From Roseburia sp. (GTDB lineage Bacteria > Bacillota > Clostridia > Christensenellales > Pumilibacteraceae): a stretch of 64,000 nt of DNA. The notes under the pieces are model-generated. The model made no database searches, was not told where the DNA came from, and was given only the letters and a program-made list of their open reading frames with translations. The stretch covers positions 27,832-91,831 of the forward strand of contig JAMPDA010000002.1 of assembly GCA_023665905.1 (NCBI GenBank). Reading direction: 5' to 3'. The position numbers and the translations under genes were made by a program. Below are positions 11,235-21,615 of this stretch, piece by piece (the first letter of the stretch is position 1; the number at the start of each line of letters is the position of its first letter).

Positions 11235-12188
11235 ATGATGGAAATAGAAATGCCGAGGATCACGCTGGAGGAAAGCGACAGCTACCGCACGGGCAAGTTT
11301 GTCGTCGAGCCGCTCGACCGCGGATACGGTCACACGCTCGGCAACGCGTTGCGCCGCGTGCTGCTTTCCAACCTCCCCGGCGCGGCAGTCATCGGTATCA
11401 TGATAGAGGGCGTCGATCACGAGTTTTCGACGGTCAAGGGCGTCAAAGAGGACGTGACGGAGCTTATCCTCAACCTCAAGTCGCTCAACCTCAAGGCTAA
11501 CTACACCGACAAGACGCTCGTAAAGGAGCTCCATATCCAAAAGAGCACTCCCGGCGCAGTCACCGCGGCGGATATAGACGTCGATCCCGAGATAGACATA
11601 CTCAACCCCGACCTGTATCTGTGCACGCTCGACGCCGGAGCGAAGCTCGACATGACGCTTTTCGTCGGCAAGGGCAGAGGCTATGTCGTTGCGGACGAGC
11701 TTAAAGACCCGTCCCGCCCGATAGGCTATATCCCGATCGACGCGATCTTCACTCCCGTCAAGTTCGCGGCGTACTCGGTAGAGCCGACGCGCGTCGGGCA
11801 GTCGATGGACTACGACAAGCTCACGCTCAACGTCAAGACCGACGGCTCGCTTTCCGCAAAGGACGTATTGAGCCTCGCGGCAAAAGCGCTCGAAGACCAC
11901 GTAAAGCTGTTCGTGGCGCTTTCGGACACTATTTCCGGCATGGATATACTCGTGTCGCGTTCGGAGGACAGACAGCAAAAGGTTCTCGAAATGAGCGTGG
12001 AAGAAATGGATCTGTCCGTCCGCAGCTACAACTGCTTAAAGCGCGCCGGAATACACACTGTGGCAGACCTCACGCGCAAGACGGAAGAAGACATGCTCAA
12101 GGTTCGCAACCTCGGCAGGAAATCGCTCGACGAGGTCATAGCGAAACTGCGCAACTTCGGGCTCGACCTCAAGGCCTCGGAAGATTAA
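11235..12188 (+). CDS. rpoA: RNA polymerase alpha subunit
   Basis: EPLDRGYGHTLGNALRRVLLS, LSVRSYNCLKRAG, RNLGRKS. Confidence 0.99.
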   Translation: MMEIEMPRITLEESDSYRTGKFVVEPLDRGYGHTLGNALRRVLLSNLPGAAVIGIMIEGVDHEFSTVKGVKEDVTELILNLKSLNLKANYTDKTLVKELHIQKSTPGAVTAADIDVDPEIDILNPDLYLCTLDAGAKLDMTLFVGKGRGYVVADELKDPSRPIGYIPIDAIFTPVKFAAYSVEPTRVGQSMDYDKLTLNVKTDGSLSAKDVLSLAAKALEDHVKLFVALSDTISGMDILVSRSEDRQQKVLEMSVEEMDLSVRSYNCLKRAGIHTVADLTRKTEEDMLKVRNLGRKSLDEVIAKLRNFGLDLKASED

Positions 12189-12273
12189 TCGATGCTTTAG
12201 AGCGCGATATGGGACATCCCCGTCGCCGCGCTCGAAAAGCAGATACAATTCGTGATAGGAGAAACAAACAACC

Positions 12274-12783
12274 ATGGAACAGAGAAAACTTTCCCTGCCG
12301 ACAGACCGTCGTAAAGCGTTACTGCGCAGTCAAGTGACTGCGCTGTTGTGGAACGAAAAGATCACCACTACGTACGCGCGCGCAAAGGAAGTGTCGCGCA
12401 TTGCCGACGGACTTATACAGCTCGCCGTCGATACCGTTCTCGACGTCAAGAAAGAGATCAAGCACGGCGTAGATAAAAAGGGCAAGCCCATCGATATAGA
12501 AACCATCGTAGACGGCGAAAAGCGCCTTGCCGCACGCCGCAAGATAATGGAGTTCGTGTACGATCCGCCCGAAACTCGCAAGCCCGACGAAACAGCTGTC
12601 GCTTTCCGCGAGCGCACAAAGGACATTCGTCATCCGCTCGTCGAAAAGATCTTCAACGTCTACGCGATACGCTATTCCCAGCGCAATCGCGACAACAACA
12701 GCAGCGGCGGATATACGCGCGTGCTCAAGCTCGGCGCACGCCGCGGCGACGCTGCCGAGGAAGCGATCATCGAGTTGGTGTAA
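12274..12783 (+). CDS. rplQ: 50S ribosomal protein L17 with internal insertion
   Basis: ITTTYARAKE, GGYTRVLKLGARRGDAA..AIIELV; longer than a typical L17. Confidence 0.97.
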   Translation: MEQRKLSLPTDRRKALLRSQVTALLWNEKITTTYARAKEVSRIADGLIQLAVDTVLDVKKEIKHGVDKKGKPIDIETIVDGEKRLAARRKIMEFVYDPPETRKPDETAVAFRERTKDIRHPLVEKIFNVYAIRYSQRNRDNNSSGGYTRVLKLGARRGDAAEEAIIELV

Positions 12784-12816
12784 CAACTCGTATATCGAAG
12801 TATACAAAAGATAAAT

Positions 12817-12856
12817 AAAAGCGCACCTTTTCCGAATCGGGAAGGCGCGCTTTTTT
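12817..12856 (+). terminator. intrinsic terminator of the ribosomal operon
   Basis: AAAAGCGCACCTTT...GAAGGCGCGCTTTTTT imperfect stem with T-tract after rplQ. Confidence 0.75.
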
Positions 12857-12904
12857 ATTGCTGTGTGCGGCATTGAGAGAAGCGGCAAAACGAACAGCTT
12901 TACC

Positions 12905-13670
12905 ATAACCATGCGGCGCTAACGCGCCTGGATTTCTCCGCTCCGCTCGCTGTCGCTCGCTCCGGTCGAAATGACATCGGGAAGAAAAGACTTCCGTCGC
13001 ATAGGTCGAAATGACAAAACGGTGGTTTGGCTTATCTGCTTATAATAAAGCAAAGCATGCTTTTATCAATCATGCCTCGCCCATACCCATGTCATTTCGA
13101 GCGCAGTTGAGAAATCCAGGCGATCCGCCGCAGAAAGTAAAAGCCGCACAATAATCATGCGCGGCTGCGCCGCTGGATTTCTCCGCTCCGCTCGCTGTCG
13201 CTCGCTCCGGTCGAAATGACATCGGGAAGAAAAGGCTTTCGTCGCATAGGTCGAAATGACAAGGAGTTGGTTGGAGTGTTCGGCGTAAGTATGATAAAAC
13301 AGTTATTGGGCTTTGTCGAAAGTCGCGCGGTCAAACAAACGTCATGTCATCTCGACCAAGCATTGCGGAGCAATGCGCGTGGAGAGATCCAGGCGAACCG
13401 CCGCAAAGTAGGGAAGCTGTATACATACTTTACAATAACCATGCGGCGCTAACGCGCCTGGATTTCTCCGCTCCGCTCACTGCGTTCGCTTCGGTCGAAA
13501 TGACAAGACGGTGGTTGGCGTGTTCGGCATTGAGTGAAGCGGCAAAACAAACGTTATGTCATCTCGACCAAGCATTGCGCAAGCAATGCGCGCGGAGAGA
13601 TCCAGGCGATCCGCCGCAGAACCGCACACCCAAACCACCGTTTTGTCACCTCGAGCGCAGTCGAGAGGGC
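12905..13670. repeat. REP/BIME-like array of alternating inverted palindromic units
   Basis: GGATTTCTCC...GTCGAAATGACA units at 12930, 13175, 13460; opposite-orientation TGTCAT(C/T)TCGA...GAGA(A/G)ATCC units at 13090, 13345, 13557 and partial at 13644; units at 12930-12976 and 13175-13221 are identical. Confidence 0.85.
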
Positions 13671-13810
13671 TTTGACGTATTTTTAAAGCAGTTACTTCTT
13701 GCGGTTTGATATGAAATAGCGAATACCGACAATTAAAAATATTACCAATAGTAAACCAGCAAATCCCATGCGTGTATTTTATACTATAAAGATGGGAAAG
13801 TCAAGTATTA

Positions 13811-14728
13811 TTATAAACCAGCGTTTGTGGTACAGTCTTCACTCATCTCCGCGGTGCGTATCTTGCTTTCCGCGGCGGCGTAGTAGCGCGCGTATGCCTT
13901 GGCACAGTATTTTGCGTGCTTGTCGGGCGGGTCGGGCTCGATCGGCGCGTCAAACGAATACGCGCCGTTGACCTTCCATTTTTTAAAAAGTCCGATCTCT
14001 ACGGCGTTCTTCGGACAGCCCATCGAACAGCGCATGCACATCATGCATTTGCCGCCGAACTTGATCTTGCCCTTTTTGTTGACGCGAATATTATCGGCAG
14101 GGCAGGCTTTGACGCACAGTCCGCATTTGACGCACCGCTTGTTCGCTCGGAAAAATACGCCGTTTATCCGCGCGCCGCCGTGCTCTATGCGCAGGACCCA
14201 AGCGAGGAAGCCGCCCATAAACATGCGCTTGGGCAGCGCCGATTTTTCGCTTGCTATCTCGCGGACGTCGATAGGCACGAGCGCTTTGGCGGTCTGCCAC
14301 ATCTTGTATGCCGCGGCATCGCTGTGTCTGAAAATTATGTTGTACGGCATTACGTACTGATACTCGTTGCGGACGTCATAGCCGCGGCGCTTTAGTATCG
14401 CGCGCATCTTCAAAGACGACACGTCGCTCATGCGCACCGGCTCGCCCGACGTCTTGAATATAAACACGCATTTTTTGGGCGCGTTTTTCGGGCGCTTGGG
14501 GAAGCGCTTGCACAGATCGAGAATTATTTTAGGCGCGTTGAATGAGTGTATCGGATATCCGATGCCGATAAGATCGTACCCGTCGATGTCTGACGTTTGC
14601 GCGGCGTCGCTCGGCGGCAGTGCGCATACGTCCACGGCGTTGCCGTCGGCTTCAAACGCCGCGCGATACTCGTCGGCTATTTTTTGGGTGTTGCCCGTGC
14701 CCGAAAAGTAGAAAATACGTATCTTCAT
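13811..14728 (-). CDS. EFR1-family flavodoxin/4Fe-4S ferredoxin fusion
   Basis: YFSGTGNT flavodoxin motif, two CxxCxxCxxxCP clusters. Confidence 0.9.
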   Translation of the reverse strand: MKIRIFYFSGTGNTQKIADEYRAAFEADGNAVDVCALPPSDAAQTSDIDGYDLIGIGYPIHSFNAPKIILDLCKRFPKRPKNAPKKCVFIFKTSGEPVRMSDVSSLKMRAILKRRGYDVRNEYQYVMPYNIIFRHSDAAAYKMWQTAKALVPIDVREIASEKSALPKRMFMGGFLAWVLRIEHGGARINGVFFRANKRCVKCGLCVKACPADNIRVNKKGKIKFGGKCMMCMRCSMGCPKNAVEIGLFKKWKVNGAYSFDAPIEPDPPDKHAKYCAKAYARYYAAAESKIRTAEMSEDCTTNAGL

Positions 14729-14737
14729 GATCTGCCG

Positions 14738-16264
14738 TCAATCGAGTTTTTGCGCGTGAGCGTTCAAGTCGTCGTCGAGAAAATAGCGAACGTCCTCGTC
14801 CTCGGCGTGCGAGTCGTACCATATCGACGCGAAAACTTTGTCTTTTTTTGCGAGCCTGTCGAAATCCCAGACGTATTCGTCGTATATGGAGCTGTGCCAG
14901 TGCCCTGCGCGGAGCACGGTGTACGGCCGCGCGAAAAAGCGCTCGCCGTCCTGCGTTTCCCATTCGACGGCAGTATACATGTCGCCCGTGCGGAACTGCT
15001 CGGTCACGAGCCTGCCGCCGTGCGCCGCCGCGACGCTTTCGAGGTCGGCTTTGTCGATCTCGCTATCGGGCTTGTCGAAGTCGAAGCCGTAGAACACGGG
15101 CGAGGCGTTGCCTTCTATCTCGGATATACGTTCGCCGTCGGGAACGGGGAAGTCGCTCCAATCGGTATTTTGCAGTTTTTCGTACTGCGCTCTGCCGCCG
15201 AAGTACGCGGTCAGCCGCGCGTCGTCGCCGTGCTTTGCCCAATAGTGCGGAGCGGTGCGGCTCTTTTTGAGTCGGTCTATGAGCAAGCGGCGTATAAGTC
15301 GCTTGGGCACGATCTTTCCTATTTTGAATATGGGGTGAGCGGCGTACACTCCGCGCCAATAGTCGGTCACGCTCTGCGTCTGATAGTCGAACATGGCGTT
15401 GAGCTTCTCGTCGGCGTACCACACGCCGTGAAAATTGCGCGTAACGTTGTCGCCCGGGCGAAACAGCATTTTCGTTTTTGCGCCGATGGGCGCAAACCCG
15501 TCGTCGTAAGAGCCGATGCCGTAGCGACGGTTGGCTTTTCCGCCCGTGATGTCGTAGCACTTGTTCCAAAACCCGTCGGGCAGGCAGTCGCTCGCGAACG
15601 CTTCCGCGATGTTGCGCATCAAAAGCCCGCTGTCGTGCGCCGTCACCCATTCGAGCGGCGCGTCGAATACGGTGTGGAACATGAGCCCGTCGTGAAGGTT
15701 GTCGTTAAACATCTTGGAATGGAGCATGGCGGTCTGGCGCAGTATCGCCCATTTTTCTATTTTGCTCTCGAGAATACGGAACTCGCCGCGCAGTTTCGTC
15801 GCCGAATACACGTCGAACGGACTGACCAAAAGCGGATCGCCGACGCGCGCAAAGCGGTGCGCGCCCGTGCGGTTGCCGTACAGCGCGACCGTGGATATAT
15901 GTATGAGCGCAGGCTGATCGGTTTCCGTGTTTTCTATTACTTCAGCCAATACGTTCGCGCCGACTTCGTTGCAACTTTGAGCGGCGCGCGGTGCGGCGTC
16001 GGACTTCGGCGGAATGACCGCCGCCATGTTTATTACGAGCTGTGCGCCGCGCACGAGTTCTGTCACCGCCGAGCGGTCGGACATCTCACCGAGCACGATC
16101 TCCGTTTTGTCGCGCAGCGCCTTATGCTTTTTCAAAAGCTTGCGCGCGCGCTTCTCGCTGCGGCACAGCAGTTTTATCTTATCTATGTGTTCGGCGGTTT
16201 CGAGCATGGCGAATGTCGCCGCGCCCATGTTACCCGTCGCACCCGTTATCGCTATAGTTGTCAT
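14738..16264 (-). CDS. NAD-dependent epimerase/dehydratase family protein
   Basis: Start re-called at MTTIAITGATGNMG (ATGA overlap with upstream stop); YSATK catalytic motif. Confidence 0.85.
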   Translation of the reverse strand: MTTIAITGATGNMGAATFAMLETAEHIDKIKLLCRSEKRARKLLKKHKALRDKTEIVLGEMSDRSAVTELVRGAQLVINMAAVIPPKSDAAPRAAQSCNEVGANVLAEVIENTETDQPALIHISTVALYGNRTGAHRFARVGDPLLVSPFDVYSATKLRGEFRILESKIEKWAILRQTAMLHSKMFNDNLHDGLMFHTVFDAPLEWVTAHDSGLLMRNIAEAFASDCLPDGFWNKCYDITGGKANRRYGIGSYDDGFAPIGAKTKMLFRPGDNVTRNFHGVWYADEKLNAMFDYQTQSVTDYWRGVYAAHPIFKIGKIVPKRLIRRLLIDRLKKSRTAPHYWAKHGDDARLTAYFGGRAQYEKLQNTDWSDFPVPDGERISEIEGNASPVFYGFDFDKPDSEIDKADLESVAAAHGGRLVTEQFRTGDMYTAVEWETQDGERFFARPYTVLRAGHWHSSIYDEYVWDFDRLAKKDKVFASIWYDSHAEDEDVRYFLDDDLNAHAQKLD

Positions 16265-17883
16265 GATGGCCTCCCGTTGTCGCCGGTCGTATCCGACGGT
16301 TCGACTTGTACTTCTATGTATTCGCGCATTTGCTCGCGGAACTTCGCCTCGTCCACGCGGTCGGCGCGGACGGTGAGCCGGTCGCCTGCGCGCAAAACGG
16401 TTTCGCCGTCGGGCACGATGTCCGTGCCGTCGCGGTCGAGCCCTATGACGAGCGAGTTGTACGGCCACAGGATATCGCGTATGCGCTTGCCGTCTGCGGC
16501 GGAGCGATCCGTCACGACGCCGTGCAGTGTCGGATTGACGCCGCCGAAAGTCCCTGCCGATCTTTGCAGGTCCTCCATCATGCGTTCGTACAGCGGCGCC
16601 GTCCTCGTAAAGTCGGCGAGTATCATCGCCGCCGCTACTGCGATAGCGCACGGCAGCAGATTGGCAAAGCTCGCCGTCAGCTCCAGCGTAAGCGCGACGG
16701 CGCTTATCGGCGCGCGCACGGACGCCGCGAAGAAAGCGGCAATGCACAGCATTGTTATATTCGGCGCGTACGCCTCGGGCAGTCCGCACATAACGCAGAT
16801 CTTGGCGGCTATCGCGCCGAGCAGCCCGCCTATGGCGATCATGGGCAGAAACAGCCCGCCCGTGACCCCTGCGCCGCTCGCGCACACGGTCGTAATGAGC
16901 CGCGCCGCGAAAAGCGCAAAGAGCAGCCAAAACGCCGTGTTTTGAGAGATGGCTTCCAGCATCGCCTCGCCGCTGCCCACCGAAAGCTTAAGCGAAAGCG
17001 CAATGACGGCGGTAAGAACGAATGTCGGCAATAGGCGCAGAAGCGCGTTGTTTACGCGCTTGAATACGTCGGACAGCGCGAATATCGCTCGATTAAAAGC
17101 GAGCGCAATGCCGCCGCATGTCGCGCCGCACAGCAGCGCGATCGCGCAGAGCTTGAAAAATTCGGTCACGTTCGCCGCACGCGTTTGAGCTAAGTAGGGG
17201 AGTACGGTGAAGCCTGCGCGTATGCCGAGCCCGTTCAAGTATTCGATCCGGCCGAAGCCATAGAATATCGCCTGCGATACCAGCACCGCGGAAACGACGG
17301 ACGAGCACGCGGCGAGCAGTATGTCCGGCGAGAACCGCCTGTGCGTTTCTTCGAGCGCAAAGGTTATGCCGGTCAGCGGCGCATTGAACGCTACGGCAAG
17401 TCCGGAGCTCGCGCCGCCCGTTATCAGGTGGCGGCGGAGTTCGTCCGATGTCTTTGCAGCTCTCCCCACGCCGTCGCCTATAAGTCCGCCCACGCCGACG
17501 GACGGGCCTTCGCTACCCACGGACATTCCGCACAGAAAGGACAAAAGACTGCCGCCGACGAGCGCCGCCGCGGCGGAGAACGGGTTGGTGCGGAGCATGC
17601 CGCGCGCGCAACATTCCGCGAGGGGTATGCCGCTACCTTTGCCGATAGGAAACAGCGTTTGCAGTACCGCCGCCGCAAAGCAGCACAGCAGGACGAGCGT
17701 CAAAAGGCACACAACGGCGAGCGGCGTGTCCGCCGCGGCGTACAGTCCGAAGGTGTACGACAGCACGACGCGCGCGCAAGTCAAAAACAGCGCGAGAACG
17801 CCGCCGCATATCGCGCCCGTCAAGCACCCGAACACAAGCGTGCGAATGCGTCGAAGATCGTATTTTTTGTGTCGTGTTTTCAT
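16261..17883 (-). CDS. ClC-family H+/Cl- transporter with C-terminal TrkA-C-like domain
   Basis: GSGIP, GSEGPSV, AFNAPLTG, GGLFLP signature motifs. Confidence 0.92.
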   Translation of the reverse strand: MKTRHKKYDLRRIRTLVFGCLTGAICGGVLALFLTCARVVLSYTFGLYAAADTPLAVVCLLTLVLLCCFAAAVLQTLFPIGKGSGIPLAECCARGMLRTNPFSAAAALVGGSLLSFLCGMSVGSEGPSVGVGGLIGDGVGRAAKTSDELRRHLITGGASSGLAVAFNAPLTGITFALEETHRRFSPDILLAACSSVVSAVLVSQAIFYGFGRIEYLNGLGIRAGFTVLPYLAQTRAANVTEFFKLCAIALLCGATCGGIALAFNRAIFALSDVFKRVNNALLRLLPTFVLTAVIALSLKLSVGSGEAMLEAISQNTAFWLLFALFAARLITTVCASGAGVTGGLFLPMIAIGGLLGAIAAKICVMCGLPEAYAPNITMLCIAAFFAASVRAPISAVALTLELTASFANLLPCAIAVAAAMILADFTRTAPLYERMMEDLQRSAGTFGGVNPTLHGVVTDRSAADGKRIRDILWPYNSLVIGLDRDGTDIVPDGETVLRAGDRLTVRADRVDEAKFREQMREYIEVQVEPSDTTGDNGRPS

Positions 17884-17901
17884 ACTCTGCCGTATGAACC
17901 G

Positions 17902-18678
17902 TCAGTTATTTCGTTTTTTGCCGTTCGAGACTTTTGCGGTCTTTTCGGTGTTTGCGCTTTTTTCGAGGGCGGTTTCCGCAGTGTCTTTTTTCTGCGTTTT
18001 GGAAGCTTTCGGTTTTTCGGTTTCCGTCTTTTTTGCGGCGGCGCTCGCCGTTTGCTTTATGCCGTCCGTCTTCTGTGCGGAGCGTTTTGTCGCCGTCGGC
18101 GTTTTTTCGGCGGTCGGTGTGTCCGCGGCTTTTGTCGCCGCCGTGCGCGCTTTGGGCTTTTGCGCGGCGGTTGGAATGGACGGAATATACACCGTGGGAA
18201 CGTTGCCGAAAATGTTGTTATCGGTTGCGCCGCCGTCGGCGGATTTTGCCGCCTGCGATCTCGAGCGCGATTTTTTTGCCGTGGCTTCTGTGGCGGCGGT
18301 TTCGGTCGCCGTCGTCAAAGCTCCGTCGAGCGGCACCGTCGGCACGGGATCGCGATAGCGCGGCGTGCGCCTTACGGGTTTCTTTTCGGGCGTTTCCTGC
18401 GTTTCCTGCGTTTCGGGCGCGGAAGATCGCGCCGCGCGCGGCGCGGCTTTTTTATCGGGTTTTTCCGACTTTTCCTGCTTATTCCGCTCGTCTTTCTCCG
18501 GCTTTTCTTTGCTGTCGAAAAGGAAGCGTCTAAAGCCCTCCGACAGGAAAATGACGAGGATAAACAGCGTCAGCAGAACTATGATCGCCGCAAACAGCGT
18601 TATTATAACGACAGCGGCAGTTTCGGATATACCGAGAAAAGCGGGATTTGCTTTTAAAGCGGAAATAAGTTTTACCAT
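17902..18678 (-). CDS. hypothetical single-TM protein with Thr/Ala/Lys-rich low-complexity tail
   Basis: N-terminal hydrophobic segment; sits in a same-strand gene run. Confidence 0.65.
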   Translation of the reverse strand: MVKLISALKANPAFLGISETAAVVIITLFAAIIVLLTLFILVIFLSEGFRRFLFDSKEKPEKDERNKQEKSEKPDKKAAPRAARSSAPETQETQETPEKKPVRRTPRYRDPVPTVPLDGALTTATETAATEATAKKSRSRSQAAKSADGGATDNNIFGNVPTVYIPSIPTAAQKPKARTAATKAADTPTAEKTPTATKRSAQKTDGIKQTASAAAKKTETEKPKASKTQKKDTAETALEKSANTEKTAKVSNGKKRNN

Positions 18679-18701
18679 CGATACGCTCCGAATAATTTAT
18701 G

Positions 18702-20762
18702 TCAGGACGCGGCAGGCAAGCCCTCGCGATTGACCTCGCGCAGTCGCGAGTAGAATTCTTCTTCGCGGCCGTTAAAGTAATCGCTCGCGAAGAGGCGGTT
18801 TACGTGAGATATCTTGTCCAAAAGCACGAGCGCTTTGCGCCGTATCTCCTCTATATATGCGTCGTCTGCGTCGGCTGCCTTGTAATTGATATTGCTCATG
18901 GAGTTGAAATATATCTTATCCGTCAAAAATTTATCGTACGCGCGCGAATACAGCACCGACGACTGCTCCGAAAACGCGCTCACGCCGTATGTCAGGTTGG
19001 AGAACGTCGTTATGCCGAGCAGGTCGAGTATGGTGGGATAGATGTCCGCGATGCAGGTGAACTTTTCTATTTGGCGCATGCCGTTCGGCACGGACGCGTT
19101 GCCGATCTTTATCATTACTGGCGTGCGATACAGCTCGGTGTAGTTTTCCGCCGATGTCGAAATTATGTTTTTGACGTAGTTGCTTACGCCCTGATAATAG
19201 ACGTTGTGATCGCCGAACAGAGTGATGAGCGTCTTGTCGGCGAGCCCGTTGGCTTCGAGATAGTCGAGCATTATTCCTATCGCTTTGTCGAAATCCATGC
19301 CGGCGGCGCAGTAGAACCTCAGCGCGTTGCGGTCGTCGCTGTCCGAACCCGATTCGGCGTACGGCAGTATTCCGAGCGCGTCCATTCTGTCGTAATATTC
19401 CTGCAAGTTCTCTCTGTACGCGTACTGCCCGTGCTGGGTTATAGTCGTTACAAAGGTGTTGAAGCGCCTGTCGGTGGGGAACATAGCTTCTTTGCAGGAA
19501 TCGAACATCTGCGAGTCGAGGTTGCGCTCGCCGAGACCGGTGTCGTCGTCGTCGAAGTCCATATCTTCCGCCGAAGTAAAGCTGTTAAAGCCGAGCGCGT
19601 GCGTATGGTGGATGTTGCGGTTGTAGAATGTCTTATATCCGTTGTGGAAGGAGTTGCTCTCTACGCCGTACAGCGCGTTGAGTATGTTGGGAATACTGTA
19701 CGGCAGCGAGTTTTCGGGATACGCGTAATTGATGTATTCGTACATCGGATAATTGCCGATTATCGACTTGTTTTCGGAAATGTCCGTCTTTTCGAGCGCG
19801 TGCGAGTTGTTGAGAATGACGGTGGAGTCGCTCTCGTAAAATCTGTAGAGATTGGGGTACAGCATGTGCAGTTTTGCCTTGATCTCGTCCGCGCTCGTCC
19901 GCTCGTTGCCCGTCAAAAGCTTGGCGTAGCCGTTGGGATATCTGTCGGCGTCGTAAAGGAAGGTGAACCATTCAAAGCTCTCGCAAAGGACGGTGACGAC
20001 GTTGTAGTCCGTCGCCTTGCCGGTGAGCGGCGTCGGCGCGGTCAGGTCGGCATACACAAAGCTCTTGAGCTCGCGGAGATCGCTTATGTCTATCTCCGAA
20101 AACCACAGCCCGCGCGCGAGCTCGTTGTAAAAATTGCCGATTATGCCCTTGTTGGAATAAGTGCTCGTTTCGGTCTGATACAGTTTGTAACTGAGGTCGT
20201 TGGAGTCGTGCTTGTAGTTTGTAAAGTAAACGAGCAACCCGTTCGTCATTATGCTCAGGGAAAGCAACGACGTGGTTATCGAAACGGCAAGCCTTGTCGT
20301 TTCCGGCTTGGGCATGCGGCTTTTCAGCTTGTAGCCCAGCGTGCAGTACAGCGCCATGATGACGCCCGATACGAACACGAAAGTAAAGCTGACGGGCACG
20401 CTTTCGACTATCATCATCGCGTCGTTGCGCAGGCTTATCATTGCATAGTCGAAAACGGTGTTTGTGCTGTCGAAGATGATGATAAACGCTATATCGAGTA
20501 TAAAGTTGGCGGCGAGCGCCACGGTAAACAGGATATATCGCGGAGTATGCCCGGGCAGATACAGCGACACGAAGCATATCAGCGCGACAAATGTGATGTA
20601 CAGCCAGGGCTCGGTCATGTAGAACTTGCCGGCGGTCACGGCTATCCCCGTAAGCTCCGTCAGGAACGCCGCAATGATATACCCCACCATGAGGTAATTT
20701 GTCTTTATAAAGCGCAGAATGTTTGCGCCTGTTTTTTTTGCGATCGTCTTTATATCTTTCAT
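18702..20762 (-). CDS. LTA-synthase/sulfatase-like membrane protein
   Basis: Start re-called at MKDIKTIAK (overlaps upstream TGA); N-terminal TMs, VLCESFE, ITQHGQY, FGDH, DIYPTILDLLG motifs. Confidence 0.8.
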   Translation of the reverse strand: MKDIKTIAKKTGANILRFIKTNYLMVGYIIAAFLTELTGIAVTAGKFYMTEPWLYITFVALICFVSLYLPGHTPRYILFTVALAANFILDIAFIIIFDSTNTVFDYAMISLRNDAMMIVESVPVSFTFVFVSGVIMALYCTLGYKLKSRMPKPETTRLAVSITTSLLSLSIMTNGLLVYFTNYKHDSNDLSYKLYQTETSTYSNKGIIGNFYNELARGLWFSEIDISDLRELKSFVYADLTAPTPLTGKATDYNVVTVLCESFEWFTFLYDADRYPNGYAKLLTGNERTSADEIKAKLHMLYPNLYRFYESDSTVILNNSHALEKTDISENKSIIGNYPMYEYINYAYPENSLPYSIPNILNALYGVESNSFHNGYKTFYNRNIHHTHALGFNSFTSAEDMDFDDDDTGLGERNLDSQMFDSCKEAMFPTDRRFNTFVTTITQHGQYAYRENLQEYYDRMDALGILPYAESGSDSDDRNALRFYCAAGMDFDKAIGIMLDYLEANGLADKTLITLFGDHNVYYQGVSNYVKNIISTSAENYTELYRTPVMIKIGNASVPNGMRQIEKFTCIADIYPTILDLLGITTFSNLTYGVSAFSEQSSVLYSRAYDKFLTDKIYFNSMSNINYKAADADDAYIEEIRRKALVLLDKISHVNRLFASDYFNGREEEFYSRLREVNREGLPAAS

Positions 20763-21559
20763 CACAGCACCATCACAATGACGGACGCCCAATAGCTTAT
20801 GTGGAAGCGCCGTTCCGTAAGAGTGAATATCGCGCCGTACACAAATGTGTACAGGTAGTACAGCCAAGGGTATAGGTGCGAAGTGGTGTACAGCTCGAAA
20901 ATGAGTTCGACAAGCCCGAACACCGTCACGAGCGCGACGGCACCCCAGGGCACCGTGTATTTGGACGGAAAGAGCGTGCTCATGGCGTGCTGTAAGAGCA
21001 CGGCTATCGTAAACCCGAGCCACATGTGGAAAGCGTAGTAAAAGTATACGGAAATGTTGGTCAGCGCGGTCGCAAGAGTGACCCCTAAGCCCATTTCGGA
21101 CTGCATTTTAAGTTGAAAACCGAACACCGCGCCGGCTATGAATACGGCGACAGCCGAAACGGCGATCACGCCGAGCGCGCGCGGCAAAATTATCGGGTCT
21201 TTTTTTATCCCGAATATGTGCGCGTCGCAATGCTTTACGATAAATCTGTTGAGAAATACGATATAAATGGTAAACAGCACGCCGAGCGCGATGTAGTAGA
21301 CTATTTCGGAAAGAGTGCCGTAATATATCTTGTCGAGCAACGGCTCGAAAAGCCACAGCAGGCGCGACAGGAGAAGCACCGCAAGCGTGACCGCCGCCGC
21401 GCCGAGCATAATAAACGCGCGGCGTTTATCCTCTTTGCTTACGGAGCGGTATGCGGCGGACGCGCTCGAAAATTCGTGCCTGTCCGTGCCGCCGTCGCGC
21501 ACGCGCCGTCCGCACTCGGTCGGCTCATTCGATTGTGTCTGTGCTTCGTTTTTCGCCAT
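20762..21559 (-). CDS. hypothetical multi-pass membrane protein
   Basis: Several hydrophobic helices; start re-called at MAKNEAQ. Confidence 0.7.
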   Translation of the reverse strand: MAKNEAQTQSNEPTECGRRVRDGGTDRHEFSSASAAYRSVSKEDKRRAFIMLGAAAVTLAVLLLSRLLWLFEPLLDKIYYGTLSEIVYYIALGVLFTIYIVFLNRFIVKHCDAHIFGIKKDPIILPRALGVIAVSAVAVFIAGAVFGFQLKMQSEMGLGVTLATALTNISVYFYYAFHMWLGFTIAVLLQHAMSTLFPSKYTVPWGAVALVTVFGLVELIFELYTTSHLYPWLYYLYTFVYGAIFTLTERRFHISYWASVIVMVL

Positions 21560-21615
21560 GGTTTTTCCGCACAAATAGTTTGTGCAATATCGTCGGTAAA
21601 TGCGCGAGTGCGCCG

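Noticed and set aside
114-12912. Many overlapping alternative-frame ORFs in the ribosomal operon
   Set aside because: They overlap unambiguous conserved genes and show no recognisable features.
12905-13670. Possible CRISPR array
   Set aside because: Units alternate in orientation, vary in length, and the intervening sequences are themselves partly repeated; no cas genes nearby. Fits a REP/BIME-like array.
14597-16945. 782-aa plus-strand ORF
   Set aside because: Antisense shadow of the epimerase and ClC genes; no motifs; typical of GC-rich codon bias.
18699-20795. 698-aa plus-strand ORF
   Set aside because: Antisense shadow of the LTA-synthase-like gene.
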